Source of the DNA: an uncultured Gammaproteobacteria bacterium
GTDB lineage: Bacteria > Patescibacteriota > Patescibacteriia > Magasanikbacterales > UBA922
Direction: 5' to 3'
Assembly (NCBI GenBank): GCA_964522435.1
Contig: CAZFUL010000002.1
Location: 108,631-172,630 of the forward strand
Length of the DNA: 64,000 nt
Below the pieces are notes generated by a model. That model was not told where the DNA came from. It made no database searches and saw nothing but the letters and a program-made list of their open reading frames with translations. The translations under genes were made by a program, and so were the position numbers. Of the stretch, positions 47,966-57,466 are shown piece by piece (position 1 is the first letter of the stretch; each line of letters opens with the position of its first letter).

Positions 47966-48517
47966 ATGAGTATTATTGATTCGTATAAAGAACAATTTAG
48001 TAAAACCATTGAGTTTTTAAAACAAGATATTTCTGGTCTTCGTACCGGAAGAGCGAGTGCTTCTATTGTTGAAGATGTGATGGTAGAGGCATATGGATCG
48101 TTTCAACCCCTTAAAGCCGTGGCATCAATTAGTATTGCCGACGCAAAGACCATTAATGTTGAACCCTGGGATAAATCGCTTATGCAAGCGGTGGAAACAG
48201 GGATTCGCAATTCTGATGTTGGTATTAACCCGGTGAATGATGGCAAGCTCATCCGCTTACCTTTACCAGATTTAACCGCAGAGCGTCGTCAAGAATTGAT
48301 AAAAGTATTGCATAAAAAATTAGAAGAAGCGCGTATCGCCATTCGTAAAATTCGTGAAGAAGTGCGCCAATCAATTGATAAAGCAGAAAAAGCAAAAGAA
48401 ATGGGTGAAGATGAAAAATTTAGTTTGCAAGAAAAATTAGAAGAAATCGTGAAAGACTATAATGAACAAGTAAAAGATATTGGAGAGAAAAAAGAAAAAG
48501 AGATTGCGACGATTTAA
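47966..48517 (+). CDS. frr: ribosome recycling factor
   Basis: 'VEDVMVEAYGSFQPLKAVASISIADAKTINVEPWDK'. 183 aa. Confidence 0.9.
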   Translation: MSIIDSYKEQFSKTIEFLKQDISGLRTGRASASIVEDVMVEAYGSFQPLKAVASISIADAKTINVEPWDKSLMQAVETGIRNSDVGINPVNDGKLIRLPLPDLTAERRQELIKVLHKKLEEARIAIRKIREEVRQSIDKAEKAKEMGEDEKFSLQEKLEEIVKDYNEQVKDIGEKKEKEIATI

Positions 48518-48536
48518 TACATCATAAAATCATACG

Positions 48537-48568
48537 AACAGGGTGCTATGCACTCTGTTTTATATATA
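48537..48568 (+). terminator. rho-independent terminator after frr
   Basis: Hairpin 'aacagggtgc-tat-gcactctgtt' followed by 'ttatatat'. Confidence 0.5.
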
Positions 48569-48588
48569 AAACAGTCGAGTCTTTTTTA

Positions 48589-48617
48589 TTGACATTTTTC
48601 ACTATGTATAGTATATA
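48589..48617 (+). promoter_or_regulatory. near-consensus sigma70-type promoter (TTGACA-N17-TATATA)
   Basis: -35 element ttgaca at 48589-48594, a 17-nt spacer, and a -10 element tatata at 48612-48617. It lies about 45 nt upstream of the 48660 ORF. Confidence 0.6.
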
Positions 48618-48659
48618 AATCCTACTGCCAAAATCACAAACTACCGGCAGGAAAAGGGG

Positions 48660-49250
48660 GATACAATGATGCGTGGCCTATTTGTTCCTACCGCAGAGCA
48701 GTACTTCCAACTTCTGATGGTGGGACTGTGGTATCAGATTCCTCTGCAGGTCGGAGAAAACGGCCTGATCACCACGTTTGATTTCCGAAGCACGAGCACC
48801 TGTCATCATGTTATGCTGGGAATCTTGCAGGTTCTCGGATATGACATTGATGCGGCAAAACGACTGATCAAAAAAGCGAGCAAGGATAGGACCCTCCATG
48901 CGCAGCTTCGCCGCTACGCCGTGGCGTTTGATGCGAACGGAAGTCGAGAAGAACAGATTAATCAAATCCAAACAACACCTGCGTCGTTGTTGCACAAAAC
49001 AGCACTCACCGAGGACACAAACTGGGTCAAGGTGTTGTTGGATACAAAATTGTTCATTACCGTGGCAGGGGCAAAGCGTGCTGCTCAGTTTGAGGGGCGA
49101 TTTACTGGCCTTACCTATGAAAAGTATTATCGGGTAAAAGAAGAGCACGCTGCACGGGTTGCGGCTATGTCAGAAGCCGCTCGATCTGCAATGATGCTTC
49201 AACACCGCCGAAGCATGTCGGCATTCGCTGATGATCATTCTTCTGACTGA
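48660..49250 (+). CDS. hypothetical protein in GC-elevated cassette
   Basis: 194 aa with higher GC than its neighbours. It has its own promoter and two downstream hairpins, and no recognisable motif. Confidence 0.45.
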   Translation, partial: DTMMRGLFVPTAEQYFQLLMVGLWYQIPLQVGENGLITTFDFRSTSTCHHVMLGILQVLGYDIDAAKRLIKKASKDRTLHAQLRRYAVAFDANGSREEQINQIQTTPASLLHKTALTEDTNWVKVLLDTKLFITVAGAKRAAQFEGRFTGLTYEKYYRVKEEHAARVAAMSEAARSAMMLQHRRSMSAFADDHSSD

Positions 49251-49372
49251 AAGCGATTGTTCTACATGAGGAGATTCCCCGAGTTCATCGTGAAACACGA
49301 ACATCGGGGGACATAAAAAACAATTCATCGCTGGATTGTTTTTTTGTATGCTATACTATACGCTATAAGTAT

Positions 49373-49816
49373 ATGAAAATACTCCTCCAAAAAGTTACCC
49401 AAGCGCAGGTGCGTATTAACGAAAAAATCGTAGCCCAAATTGGCCATGGCTTTTTATTGTTAGTTGGCATTACTCATAACGACACACAAACTCAGGCGGA
49501 TAAATTGATCGACAAAATACTCAAGTTGCGTTTATTTTCCGATCCGGGAAGCACGACGTTTATGGAAAAAAATATCATTGAAGCATCTGGATCAGTTCTT
49601 GCCGTTTCTCAATTTACCCTCTATGGTGATTGTCGCAAAGGCACTCGACCCAGTTTTACGGAAGCTGCGCGGCCAGAAGTTGCCAAACCACTGTATGACT
49701 ATGTTGTGACCACCTTACAACAAAAAGGCCTCCCAGTACAAAGCGGTGTCTTTGGAGAACATATGCAGGTCTCATTAACAAATGATGGCCCCATTACTTT
49801 AGTGTTGGAAGTATAG
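49373..49816 (+). CDS. dtd: D-aminoacyl-tRNA deacylase
   Basis: 'SQFTLYGD' and 'NDGPITL' motifs. 147 aa. Confidence 0.85.
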   Translation: MKILLQKVTQAQVRINEKIVAQIGHGFLLLVGITHNDTQTQADKLIDKILKLRLFSDPGSTTFMEKNIIEASGSVLAVSQFTLYGDCRKGTRPSFTEAARPEVAKPLYDYVVTTLQQKGLPVQSGVFGEHMQVSLTNDGPITLVLEV

Positions 49817-49834
49817 TCTGATATAACCTCTTGC

Positions 49835-50060
49835 GTCATTACCCTAGCATTGCTTGACGAATACGGTATTTATTTTTATACTAGACATATCCTTGCAATG
49901 AACAAGCTTGGCAGCTTGGGAGTAGGGAAGACAATAGAGTAAAGTGAAATGATTGGGTGGAACCGCCGCTGGTAACTGTCAACAAGTACCCTCTGGCCCC
50001 AATATATTATTCCGGAAATACCATTGTTCTTGAGTAATGTATTGGGGTTTTTTATTAGTT
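49835..50060 (+). promoter_or_regulatory. T-box riboswitch leader (glycine specifier) upstream of glyS
   Basis: T-box core 'gggtggaaccgccg' at 49955-49968, with UGGA complementary to tRNA-Gly UCCA. A 'ttGGCAgc' sequence is the candidate specifier. The terminator is 'ccccaata...tattgggg' followed by tttttt. Confidence 0.55.
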
Positions 50061-50077
50061 ATCTTAATGTTATATAT

Positions 50078-51433
50078 ATGGATATCATGGATAAAGTCGT
50101 CTCGTTATGTAAACGTCGTGGGTTTATTTTTCCTGGTTCAGAAATTTATGGGGGCCTTGCCAATAGTTGGGACTATGGTCCACTTGGCGCACAATTAAAA
50201 ATGAATATAAAAAATGATTGGTGGACAAAAGTACTGCAAGAACGCAGTGATATGGTGGGGCTAGACGGAGCAATTATGATGAATCCTAATGTGTGGATCG
50301 CGAGCGGCCATGTGAGTAATTTTAATGATCCCCTAGTCGAAGACGTGGTAACCCGTAAACGCTATCGTGCGGATCACTTGGTAGAAGAAGCAACTGGCTT
50401 AGACGTGGATGGAAAATCTTTAGCAGAATTAGCGCTCTTGATAAAAGAACACAACATCAAAAGTCCAGAAGGAAATGCGGTAACCGAACCAAAACAATTT
50501 AATCTCATGTTCCAAACAGAAATTGGAACAACCGAAGGGGATAAACAAATTGTGTACTTGCGTCCAGAAACGGCGCAAGCCATTTTTGTTAATTTTAAAA
50601 ATGTGCTCGATACCACCAGAAAAAAATTGCCTTTTGGTATTGCGCAAATTGGTAAAGCGTTTCGTAACGAAATTACGCCAGGAAATTTTACCTTTCGTAC
50701 GTTAGAATTTGAACAAATGGAAATAGAATATTTTTGTAAAGAAGAAGATTGGTCAACACATTTTGATGCCTGGGAACAGTGGCGTATGCAATGGGCAAAA
50801 GATATCGGATTAGACATGGACAAAGTTCATTTTGAAGACATTCCTGCCGAAAAATTATCTCATTACTCTAAAAAAACAGTTGATGTGATGTTTGATTTTC
50901 CTTTTGGAAAAAAAGAATTGTGGGGTATGGCCTATCGTACGGATTTTGATTTGAATCAACATCAAGAACATTCAAAACAAAAGCTTTTGTATAGCGATCC
51001 AGATGATAACCGTATAAAGTTTATCCCGCATGTTATTGAACCATCATTTGGTGTTGATCGAACATTATTAGCGTTGTTGGTAAGTGCCTACCATGAAGAA
51101 GTTGTTGCAGAAGGGGATACGCGTATTGTGATGAAATTCAAACCGCATATGGCTCCCGTGCAAGTGGCGATTTTACCACTCATGAAAAAAGATGGACTTG
51201 CAGAAAAAGCACAAGAAATTCAACAAACATTACGGAAACAATTTCGGGTAGATTATGACGATGCAGGGAGTATTGGAAAACGCTATCGTCGTCAAGATGA
51301 AATTGGAACGCCAGTGTGTATCACCATTGACCACACGACCTTAGAAGATAATACCGTTACCCTTCGCGATAGAGACACTATGGCTCAAGAACGGGTGAAT
51401 ATTAATACATTAGCCCAATTGTTTACTAAATAA
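50078..51433 (+). CDS. glyS: glycine--tRNA ligase, alpha2 homodimeric type
   Basis: 'MDKVVSLCKRRGFIFPGSEIYGGLANSWDYGPLG' matches class II GlyRS of the eukaryote/Gram-positive type. The start is set at MDIMDKVV. Confidence 0.9.
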   Translation: MDIMDKVVSLCKRRGFIFPGSEIYGGLANSWDYGPLGAQLKMNIKNDWWTKVLQERSDMVGLDGAIMMNPNVWIASGHVSNFNDPLVEDVVTRKRYRADHLVEEATGLDVDGKSLAELALLIKEHNIKSPEGNAVTEPKQFNLMFQTEIGTTEGDKQIVYLRPETAQAIFVNFKNVLDTTRKKLPFGIAQIGKAFRNEITPGNFTFRTLEFEQMEIEYFCKEEDWSTHFDAWEQWRMQWAKDIGLDMDKVHFEDIPAEKLSHYSKKTVDVMFDFPFGKKELWGMAYRTDFDLNQHQEHSKQKLLYSDPDDNRIKFIPHVIEPSFGVDRTLLALLVSAYHEEVVAEGDTRIVMKFKPHMAPVQVAILPLMKKDGLAEKAQEIQQTLRKQFRVDYDDAGSIGKRYRRQDEIGTPVCITIDHTTLEDNTVTLRDRDTMAQERVNINTLAQLFTK

Positions 51434-51439
51434 GTGTGT

Positions 51440-52702
51440 ATGGTTCAACAATACAAATTAAAAAACAATCTTTCTGTTATTCTTGTTCCACAAAAAGATA
51501 CCCAGTCTACTACCACCCTTGTTATGTATCCGGTAGGCTCTCGCTATGAACCAGAAAAACTTGCTGGGGTATCTCATTATATTGAACACCTCATGTTTAA
51601 AGGAACAAAAAAACGAAAGTCCGCGCAATTATTAACCAGAGAAATTGATCGTCTTGGTGCAGAATATAATGCGTTTACGAGTAAAGAATATACTGGCTAT
51701 TACATAAAAGCAGGGGCAGAATATTTGGATATTTCTTTAGATATTTTATCCGACATGTTGTTTCAATCGGTGTTTGATCCCAAAGAAATGGAGCGGGAAA
51801 AAGGTCCTATTATTGAAGAGTTACGCATGTATGCGGATAATCCCATCATGAACATTGATACGATATTTGAAAATCTATTATATGCGGGTTGTCCATTAGG
51901 CAGAGATATTGGTGGAACCGTTAAGCATGTTCAGTCCTATCAACGAGATGATGTCCTTGCGTATCGAGACAAATATTATGTCCCAAGTAATATGACGATT
52001 GTTGTAGCGGGAAATTTACCCGTGGGTATTGAATCACGTATTGAGCAATTTTTTGGACAAGAACCAAATACTAAAAAACCCTCTCGTGTATTTAAACCTG
52101 GCGTCTTTGCGTCTGCAAAAAAACAAGATCGTATTGTTGTAGAAAAAAAACAAACAGATCAAGCCCAACTCATGCTTGGCTTTCCTGGGTTTGAAATTGA
52201 TGACATGCACCGGGCTATTGTGGGAAAAGTATTGACGACGATTCTTGGTGGCTCTATGAGTTCTCGGTTGTTTACGCAAATTCGTGAACGCCGCGGTCTT
52301 GCCTATACCGTTCGTGCAGGGAGAGAAGCCTATAGAGATACTGGCTATTATTACGTGCGTGCAGGCTTAGAACCAAAAAATATTAACAAAGCCATTGAGG
52401 TGATTAGTGCCGAGATAGAAAAATTATGTAGTAAAGGCGTTACGGGAAGAGAATTGCGTGATGCAAAAACACATATCACTGGCGGGCAAGTGTTATCATT
52501 AGAAGACTCAAGCGTGCAAGCAAATTGGTATGCCCAATATGCGCTCTTTCATAGTCGTATTTGGACCCCCCAACAAATTCGTGATGCGGTAAATACGGTG
52601 ACTCAAGCAGAAGTACAACAGTTGGCACAAGAGATATTTGCTCTTAATCAAATGCGTGTGGGTATTATTGGTAGTGTTGAACAAGCAGATGTGGTATTTT
52701 AG
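51440..52702 (+). CDS. M16-family (pitrilysin/insulinase-like) zinc peptidase
   Basis: Inverted zinc motif HxxEH 'SHYIEHLMFKGT'. Confidence 0.75.
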   Translation: MVQQYKLKNNLSVILVPQKDTQSTTTLVMYPVGSRYEPEKLAGVSHYIEHLMFKGTKKRKSAQLLTREIDRLGAEYNAFTSKEYTGYYIKAGAEYLDISLDILSDMLFQSVFDPKEMEREKGPIIEELRMYADNPIMNIDTIFENLLYAGCPLGRDIGGTVKHVQSYQRDDVLAYRDKYYVPSNMTIVVAGNLPVGIESRIEQFFGQEPNTKKPSRVFKPGVFASAKKQDRIVVEKKQTDQAQLMLGFPGFEIDDMHRAIVGKVLTTILGGSMSSRLFTQIRERRGLAYTVRAGREAYRDTGYYYVRAGLEPKNINKAIEVISAEIEKLCSKGVTGRELRDAKTHITGGQVLSLEDSSVQANWYAQYALFHSRIWTPQQIRDAVNTVTQAEVQQLAQEIFALNQMRVGIIGSVEQADVVF

Positions 52703-52738
52703 TAGTACGCGCGTCTGTTCTATTTTTAACTCCTTTGT

Positions 52739-53485
52739 ATGACCTATCTCTTTGCTAATTGGAAAATGTATTTGCATCATCAAGAGGCGCTTGCATTAGC
52801 ACAGCAACTGGCACATACCACGAGCTCTGCTGATACGACGATTACTATATTCCCAACGGCGCTCAGTTTTTTGTCTGTACAAGAGGCGCTTGCAACAACG
52901 AATATTTCTTGTGGTGTACAAAACATTTCTTGGACTCCGCAGGGGGCCTATACAGGAGCGCTTTCTGCTCATCTAGCCAAAGATGTGGGTGCTCGCTATG
53001 CCTTGGTTGGCCATTCAGAACGACGCTATATTTTTGGTGAAAGCGATAGCGATGTACGAAAGAAAATAGACGCAGCCCTAGAATCTGGAATGATCCCTGT
53101 CGTATGTATCGGAGAAACACAAGAGGATGTTGAGGCTGGCAAAACCGCGTATCGATTAAAAAAACAGCTTATGATGGCGTTTGAAGGGCTTATGCTGAGT
53201 GATAATCAATTGATTGTTGCCTATGAACCGGTATGGGCTATATCTCAATCTGGCAAGGGGATTGCCTGTGATCCGCTACAGGCAGAAGAGCAACATGCCT
53301 TTATTGCAGAAGAAATAAAACGCTATACCACGGCACAAGTACCGCTTATCTATGGTGGTAGCGTTACAGCAGATAATGTGCTATCATATATCTCATGTCA
53401 CCATATTGACGGGGTGCTTGTTGGAAGTGCCTCAACACGTTTAGAAAGTATGTCCGCACTGATTCAAGCGGTGACCAGTAAGTAA
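52739..53485 (+). CDS. tpiA: triosephosphate isomerase
   Basis: 'ANWKMY', 'LVGHSERR', 'AYEPVWAI' and 'YGGSV'. Confidence 0.9.
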   Translation: MTYLFANWKMYLHHQEALALAQQLAHTTSSADTTITIFPTALSFLSVQEALATTNISCGVQNISWTPQGAYTGALSAHLAKDVGARYALVGHSERRYIFGESDSDVRKKIDAALESGMIPVVCIGETQEDVEAGKTAYRLKKQLMMAFEGLMLSDNQLIVAYEPVWAISQSGKGIACDPLQAEEQHAFIAEEIKRYTTAQVPLIYGGSVTADNVLSYISCHHIDGVLVGSASTRLESMSALIQAVTSK

Positions 53486-53502
53486 TTGTCGTATTTTTCC
53501 TT

Positions 53503-54411
53503 ATGTATCAGGTGGTTCCGTTTCTTCTTATTATCATCTCGTTATCCGTGATTATTGTTATTATTATTCGTAAGTTTCCACAACTTACGTTATTAGATGT
53601 GGATAGTTTACCAGAGGTAAAAGAAGAAAAACAAAAAGATGCGTTTTTAAAAAAACGGGTAGAAAAGATTCATGAGACCAAGAAAAAACAACATACGGAA
53701 AAAGTACAAAAAATGGGAAAATCATTTAGTAATGTACAAAAATTATTCCGTCAATATGTGACGGATGTATACCATAAAATAGAGAAAAAAAGTGGTTCAG
53801 AAACACTCCCCTCAGAAGAAACACCCCGCGTCTTTGTAAAAAAAGAAGCAGGAAATAAAGTGATGGCGATGGTGGAACGCGCACGTCAATCATTTCAAGA
53901 AAATAAATTAGATTTAGCAGAGAATCAATTTATTGCTGCTATTCGGTTAGATAAAAAAAATATGGATGCCTACCGTGGCTTGGTAGATGTCTATATAAAG
54001 CAAGAACAAATAACCGAAGCAAAAGAAACGATTCAATTTTTATTACAATTATACCCGCAAGATGATTGGGCACATATGCGTTTTGTTGATATTGCTCTTG
54101 AAACAGGGGATACGCATGTGGGAATTGAACATTTGCGTCAAGCGATACGTATTAATGACGCACTTGCCGAACGCCACTTTTTATTATCAGATTTTTTGCG
54201 AAAAGAACAGGATATTCCTTCGGCACTTGCGGCTGCACAAAAAGCGGTAGACCGAGAATCAGAAAATCCTCGTTATCTTGACAATATTATTGAGCTTGCT
54301 ATAATGAGCTCCAATAAAAAGCTCGCAGAAGAAATGTTTCAACAACTGCGATTAGTGAATCCAGAAAATCAAAAGTTAGAGGTATTTCGGCAAAAAATTG
54401 CCTCTTTGTAA
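53503..54411 (+). CDS. membrane-anchored hypothetical protein, probably TPR-like helical repeats
   Basis: N-terminal TM helix and a Lys/Glu-rich, alpha-helical repeat character. Confidence 0.35.
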   Translation: MYQVVPFLLIIISLSVIIVIIIRKFPQLTLLDVDSLPEVKEEKQKDAFLKKRVEKIHETKKKQHTEKVQKMGKSFSNVQKLFRQYVTDVYHKIEKKSGSETLPSEETPRVFVKKEAGNKVMAMVERARQSFQENKLDLAENQFIAAIRLDKKNMDAYRGLVDVYIKQEQITEAKETIQFLLQLYPQDDWAHMRFVDIALETGDTHVGIEHLRQAIRINDALAERHFLLSDFLRKEQDIPSALAAAQKAVDRESENPRYLDNIIELAIMSSNKKLAEEMFQQLRLVNPENQKLEVFRQKIASL

Positions 54412-54422
54412 TGAGTATATAC

Positions 54423-54495
54423 GCCATCTTAGCTCAGCTGGTAGAGCAACGGTTTTGTAAACCGTGGGTCGCGAGTTCGAATCTCGCAGATGGCT
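54423..54495 (+). tRNA. tRNA-Thr (anticodon TGT)
   Basis: Acceptor GCCAUCU/AGAUGGC is fully paired. D-arm is GCUC-AGCUGGUA-GAGC, the anticodon stem is ACGGU/ACCGU with loop UUUGUAA, and the T-arm is GCGAG-UUCGAAU-CUCGC. Confidence 0.8.
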
Positions 54496-54502
54496 CAGAT
54501 AC

Positions 54503-54569
54503 AATGAGCAATTAACAATGAACAATAAACAAAGCTGAAAAGATTTGTTCATTGCTAGTTGCTCATTGT
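54503..54569. repeat. CAATGAGCAAT-type palindromic intergenic element (copy 2) in the tRNA-Thr/tRNA-Tyr spacer
   Basis: The left arm 'caatgagcaattaacaatgaacaa' is nearly complementary to the right arm 'ttgttcattgctagttgctcattg'. Confidence 0.55.
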
Positions 54570-54580
54570 TAATTGAACTT

Positions 54581-54665
54581 GGGTCGGTTCCAGAGCGGTC
54601 AAATGGAGCAGACTGTAAATCTGCTGGCCCTGCCTTCGGGGGTTCGAATCCCTCCCGGCCCACCA
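54581..54665 (+). tRNA. tRNA-Tyr (anticodon GTA), CCA encoded
   Basis: Acceptor GGGUCGG/CCGGCCC, anticodon loop CUGUAAA, a long variable arm, T-arm GGGGG-UUCGAAU-CCCUC, and a 3' CCA. Confidence 0.8.
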
Positions 54666-54668
54666 ATA

Positions 54669-54702
54669 CAAAAACCCCGATGTAATCGGGGTTTTTGTTT
54701 TT
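54669..54702. terminator. bidirectional rho-independent terminator
   Basis: Hairpin 'aaaaaccccgat-gtaa-tcggggttttt' followed by tgtttttt. It lies between the tRNA-Tyr gene and the convergent bcp gene. Confidence 0.6.
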
Positions 54703-55163
54703 TAACCAGCTATGTCTTTGAGTACCTCATCCACATGCGTCTCAGGTTTCACTTTTACATAGTGCTTTACCATATTGCCTTTTTCATCAATGAGGAAAGA
54801 GTCTCGTTGAATCCCCATATATTTTTTTCCAAACATTGATTTTTCTCCCCATACACCATAGGCGGTGACCACCGTTTTTTCTTCATCTGCGAGTAGGGGA
54901 AAGTTTAAAGAAAATTTTGTGGCAAATTTTTTGTGCGAAGCAACACTATCAACACTAACCCCAAGCACCTGCAGTCCATGTGTTGCTAATTCATTTAAGC
55001 GATCTCGAAAATTGCAGGCTTCTTTTGTACAGCCGGGTGTGTCATCTTTTGGGTAAAAATATAATAATACTTTTTTCCCAAGATAATCTGACAAGGCATG
55101 GTTTATTCCATCTTGATCTGGTAATGAAAATAGGGGAGCGGAGCTTCCTAAAGTGAGGGCCAT
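54702..55163 (-). CDS. bcp: thiol peroxidase Bcp/PrxQ (AhpC/TSA family)
   Basis: 'LLYFYPKDDTPGCTKEACNFRD'. Confidence 0.85.
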   Translation of the reverse strand: MALTLGSSAPLFSLPDQDGINHALSDYLGKKVLLYFYPKDDTPGCTKEACNFRDRLNELATHGLQVLGVSVDSVASHKKFATKFSLNFPLLADEEKTVVTAYGVWGEKSMFGKKYMGIQRDSFLIDEKGNMVKHYVKVKPETHVDEVLKDIAG

Positions 55164-55281
55164 AGGGGTAATTAATTATAAACGCTATTGCTAGTATACA
55201 GGCAAATACCCGTATCGGCTAGTATGATAAAAAAAATATTGTGAGAATTATTGAAAATAAGGTATACTATACAAATTCCTA

Positions 55282-56574
55282 TTGTTTGCTTCTATGGTGA
55301 AATCAAAAGTATATACTATTATTGTATGCAGCATCAGTGTTTGCCTATTATTTTTTTCACAACAAAGCGTGTTTAGTCATGAAGGAGAACATGAAGAAGT
55401 AGAGGCATTTTCTGGTGGAAATCAATCAGAAATAGATGAGTTAAATGAAAAAATTCAACAAAAAAAAGATCGGGTTGCTGAATTAGAAAAAAGTATTGCC
55501 GCCTATAAAGAAAAAATTACTCAAAAACAACTCGAAGCACGATCATTAACAAACCAAGTTGTTCTTTTTGATAATTATCTTGCTCGAACGCAATTAGAAA
55601 TTAATGAAACAGAAGAAAAAATTGACACCCTTGAGTTAGAAATTCAATCTCTGGCATTGGCGATAGAGGATAAAGAACAAACCATTATGCGCCAGCAAGA
55701 CATGATGGGAGAATTATTGCGCACGATTCATATTCAAGATAATAAAGATTATATTGAAATTGCTGCCAATTACGATAACTTTTCTGAATTTTATAATCAA
55801 AAACAATATGTAAAAACAGTCGAGTCTCAGCTTGGAAATAATGCAAGAGCCTTACGGTTATTAAAAGAAGAGTTAGAAAAAAAACAAGAGCAGCAAGAAG
55901 AACGACAACAGAGTTATGAAGATCTTAAAAAAAATTTAGAACAACAACAAAAAGATCTGCAAGAACAAGCGTTTGCTAAAGAACAGCTGTTAGTACAAAC
56001 ACGATCAGAAGAGATGGTATTCCAAACATTAATTGCTCAACAAAAAAAACAATATCAACAAATAGAAAATGAAATTAGTGGCATTGAAAAAGAAATCCGT
56101 CGCCAATTAGAGCAGCAAGATAAATTGGATGATCTGGAATCAAGCTCAGGAGATTTGGTCTTAAGTTGGCCAACACAAAGTCGCTATATTACGGCACGCT
56201 TCCGTGATCCAGACTATCCGTATCGTCATGTATTTGAACACAGTGCAATTGATATTCGTGCGGCGCAAGGAACACCGTTAAAAGCCGCCGCCTCTGGCTA
56301 TGTTGCGCGAGCACGGTATTGTAAAGAAGCATCTTGTTATGCCTATGTGTTGTTAATTCACTCAGGAGGAATATCAACACTCTACGGGCATATGAGTAGT
56401 ATTACGGTGCAAGAAGGTCAATTTGTTGCAAGAGGGGATGTTATTGGGGCAAGTGGGGCACAACCTGGTACGGTCGGGGCAGGACCGTTCACTACCGGGC
56501 CTCATTTACATTTTGAAGTACGTAAAAATGGCATTCCTGTTAATCCACTGTTATTTTTAATAAAAGATTATTAA
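55282..56574 (+). CDS. M23-family metallopeptidase with N-terminal coiled-coil (EnvC/murein-hydrolase-activator-like)
   Basis: Signal or TM segment, a long Gln/Glu/Lys-rich coiled coil, and a C-terminal 'HSAIDIRAAQGTPL...GPHLHFEVRKNG'. Confidence 0.8.
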   Translation: MFASMVKSKVYTIIVCSISVCLLFFSQQSVFSHEGEHEEVEAFSGGNQSEIDELNEKIQQKKDRVAELEKSIAAYKEKITQKQLEARSLTNQVVLFDNYLARTQLEINETEEKIDTLELEIQSLALAIEDKEQTIMRQQDMMGELLRTIHIQDNKDYIEIAANYDNFSEFYNQKQYVKTVESQLGNNARALRLLKEELEKKQEQQEERQQSYEDLKKNLEQQQKDLQEQAFAKEQLLVQTRSEEMVFQTLIAQQKKQYQQIENEISGIEKEIRRQLEQQDKLDDLESSSGDLVLSWPTQSRYITARFRDPDYPYRHVFEHSAIDIRAAQGTPLKAAASGYVARARYCKEASCYAYVLLIHSGGISTLYGHMSSITVQEGQFVARGDVIGASGAQPGTVGAGPFTTGPHLHFEVRKNGIPVNPLLFLIKDY

Positions 56575-56653
56575 CATTTTGTACAAAAGAATAATCTATG
56601 GTAATATAATCGCATTATCTTAATTCTTTCTATCGTTAATTATTAATCTCTAT

Positions 56654-57412
56654 ATGTCTATGATGGATAAAAAAAGAGGATTGCTTGATGGCATGAGCCC
56701 AATGCAAGTATTTACCTTTGGTATTATCGAAGGAGTCTTAGTACTCTGTACTATTGGATTTTTTATTATGCTTGGTGTGTATTTTGGCGATGGGAGTAGT
56801 GGAGGAAGAACAGTAAAAACACCAACCACCCCAACGGTTGCGGTAAATCCAACGGCAAACCCTGCTGCTGCCGTTGAAGTAGTCCCTGTAGATCCAGAAA
56901 ATGATCATATTCGTGGAGAAAAAAATGCACCGCTTACCATTATTGAATACTCTGATCTTGAATGTCCTTATTGTGAATCATTCCACAATACCATGAAACA
57001 AATTGTGGCAGAGTACGGTGGTGAGGTAAATTGGGTATACCGTCATTTCCCATTAGAAAGTATTCATCCAAATGCACGTACCGCAGCTATTGCTTCTGAG
57101 TGTGCGGCAGAACAAGGAAAATTTTGGGAATTTGCCGATGAGGTGTTTGAGGCACAAGCAGGTGGTTTAAGTACCACCGTGTTAAAAGACATTGCTGCAG
57201 GCTTATCGTTAAATACCGTAACCTTTAGTAATTGTTTAGACACTAAAAAATACGATGCTGTGGTCACCGCTGATATCCAAGAAGCTGCACGCGCGGGTGC
57301 TCGTGGAACCCCATACAGTATCTTGGTAGGGGAGAATGGTGAGCAACAAGTAATTTCTGGGGCACAACCATACGCTGCTGTAGAAGCTGCAGTCCAAGCA
57401 ATGCTTAAGTAG
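56654..57412 (+). CDS. DsbA-like thiol:disulfide oxidoreductase (thioredoxin fold)
   Basis: TM anchor and the CxxC active site 'LECPYCESFH'. Confidence 0.75.
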   Translation: MSMMDKKRGLLDGMSPMQVFTFGIIEGVLVLCTIGFFIMLGVYFGDGSSGGRTVKTPTTPTVAVNPTANPAAAVEVVPVDPENDHIRGEKNAPLTIIEYSDLECPYCESFHNTMKQIVAEYGGEVNWVYRHFPLESIHPNARTAAIASECAAEQGKFWEFADEVFEAQAGGLSTTVLKDIAAGLSLNTVTFSNCLDTKKYDAVVTADIQEAARAGARGTPYSILVGENGEQQVISGAQPYAAVEAAVQAMLK

Positions 57413-57432
57413 TTCGTAAGTACAACAACATA

Positions 57433-57466
57433 AAAACTCCTGGTAAGATAATCAGGAGTTTTTTAT
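57433..57466 (+). terminator. rho-independent terminator after the dsbA-like gene
   Basis: Hairpin 'actcctg-gtaagataat-caggagt' followed by tttttt. Confidence 0.6.

Noticed and set aside
48678-49148. 156-aa minus-strand ORF and 79-aa + frame ORF inside island E
   Set aside because: They are antisense to, or nested within, the 194-aa ORF that has a matched promoter and terminator.
54376-54666. 96-aa minus-strand ORF
   Set aside because: It lies directly over the tRNA-Thr/tRNA-Tyr genes and the palindromic spacer. It is an artefact.
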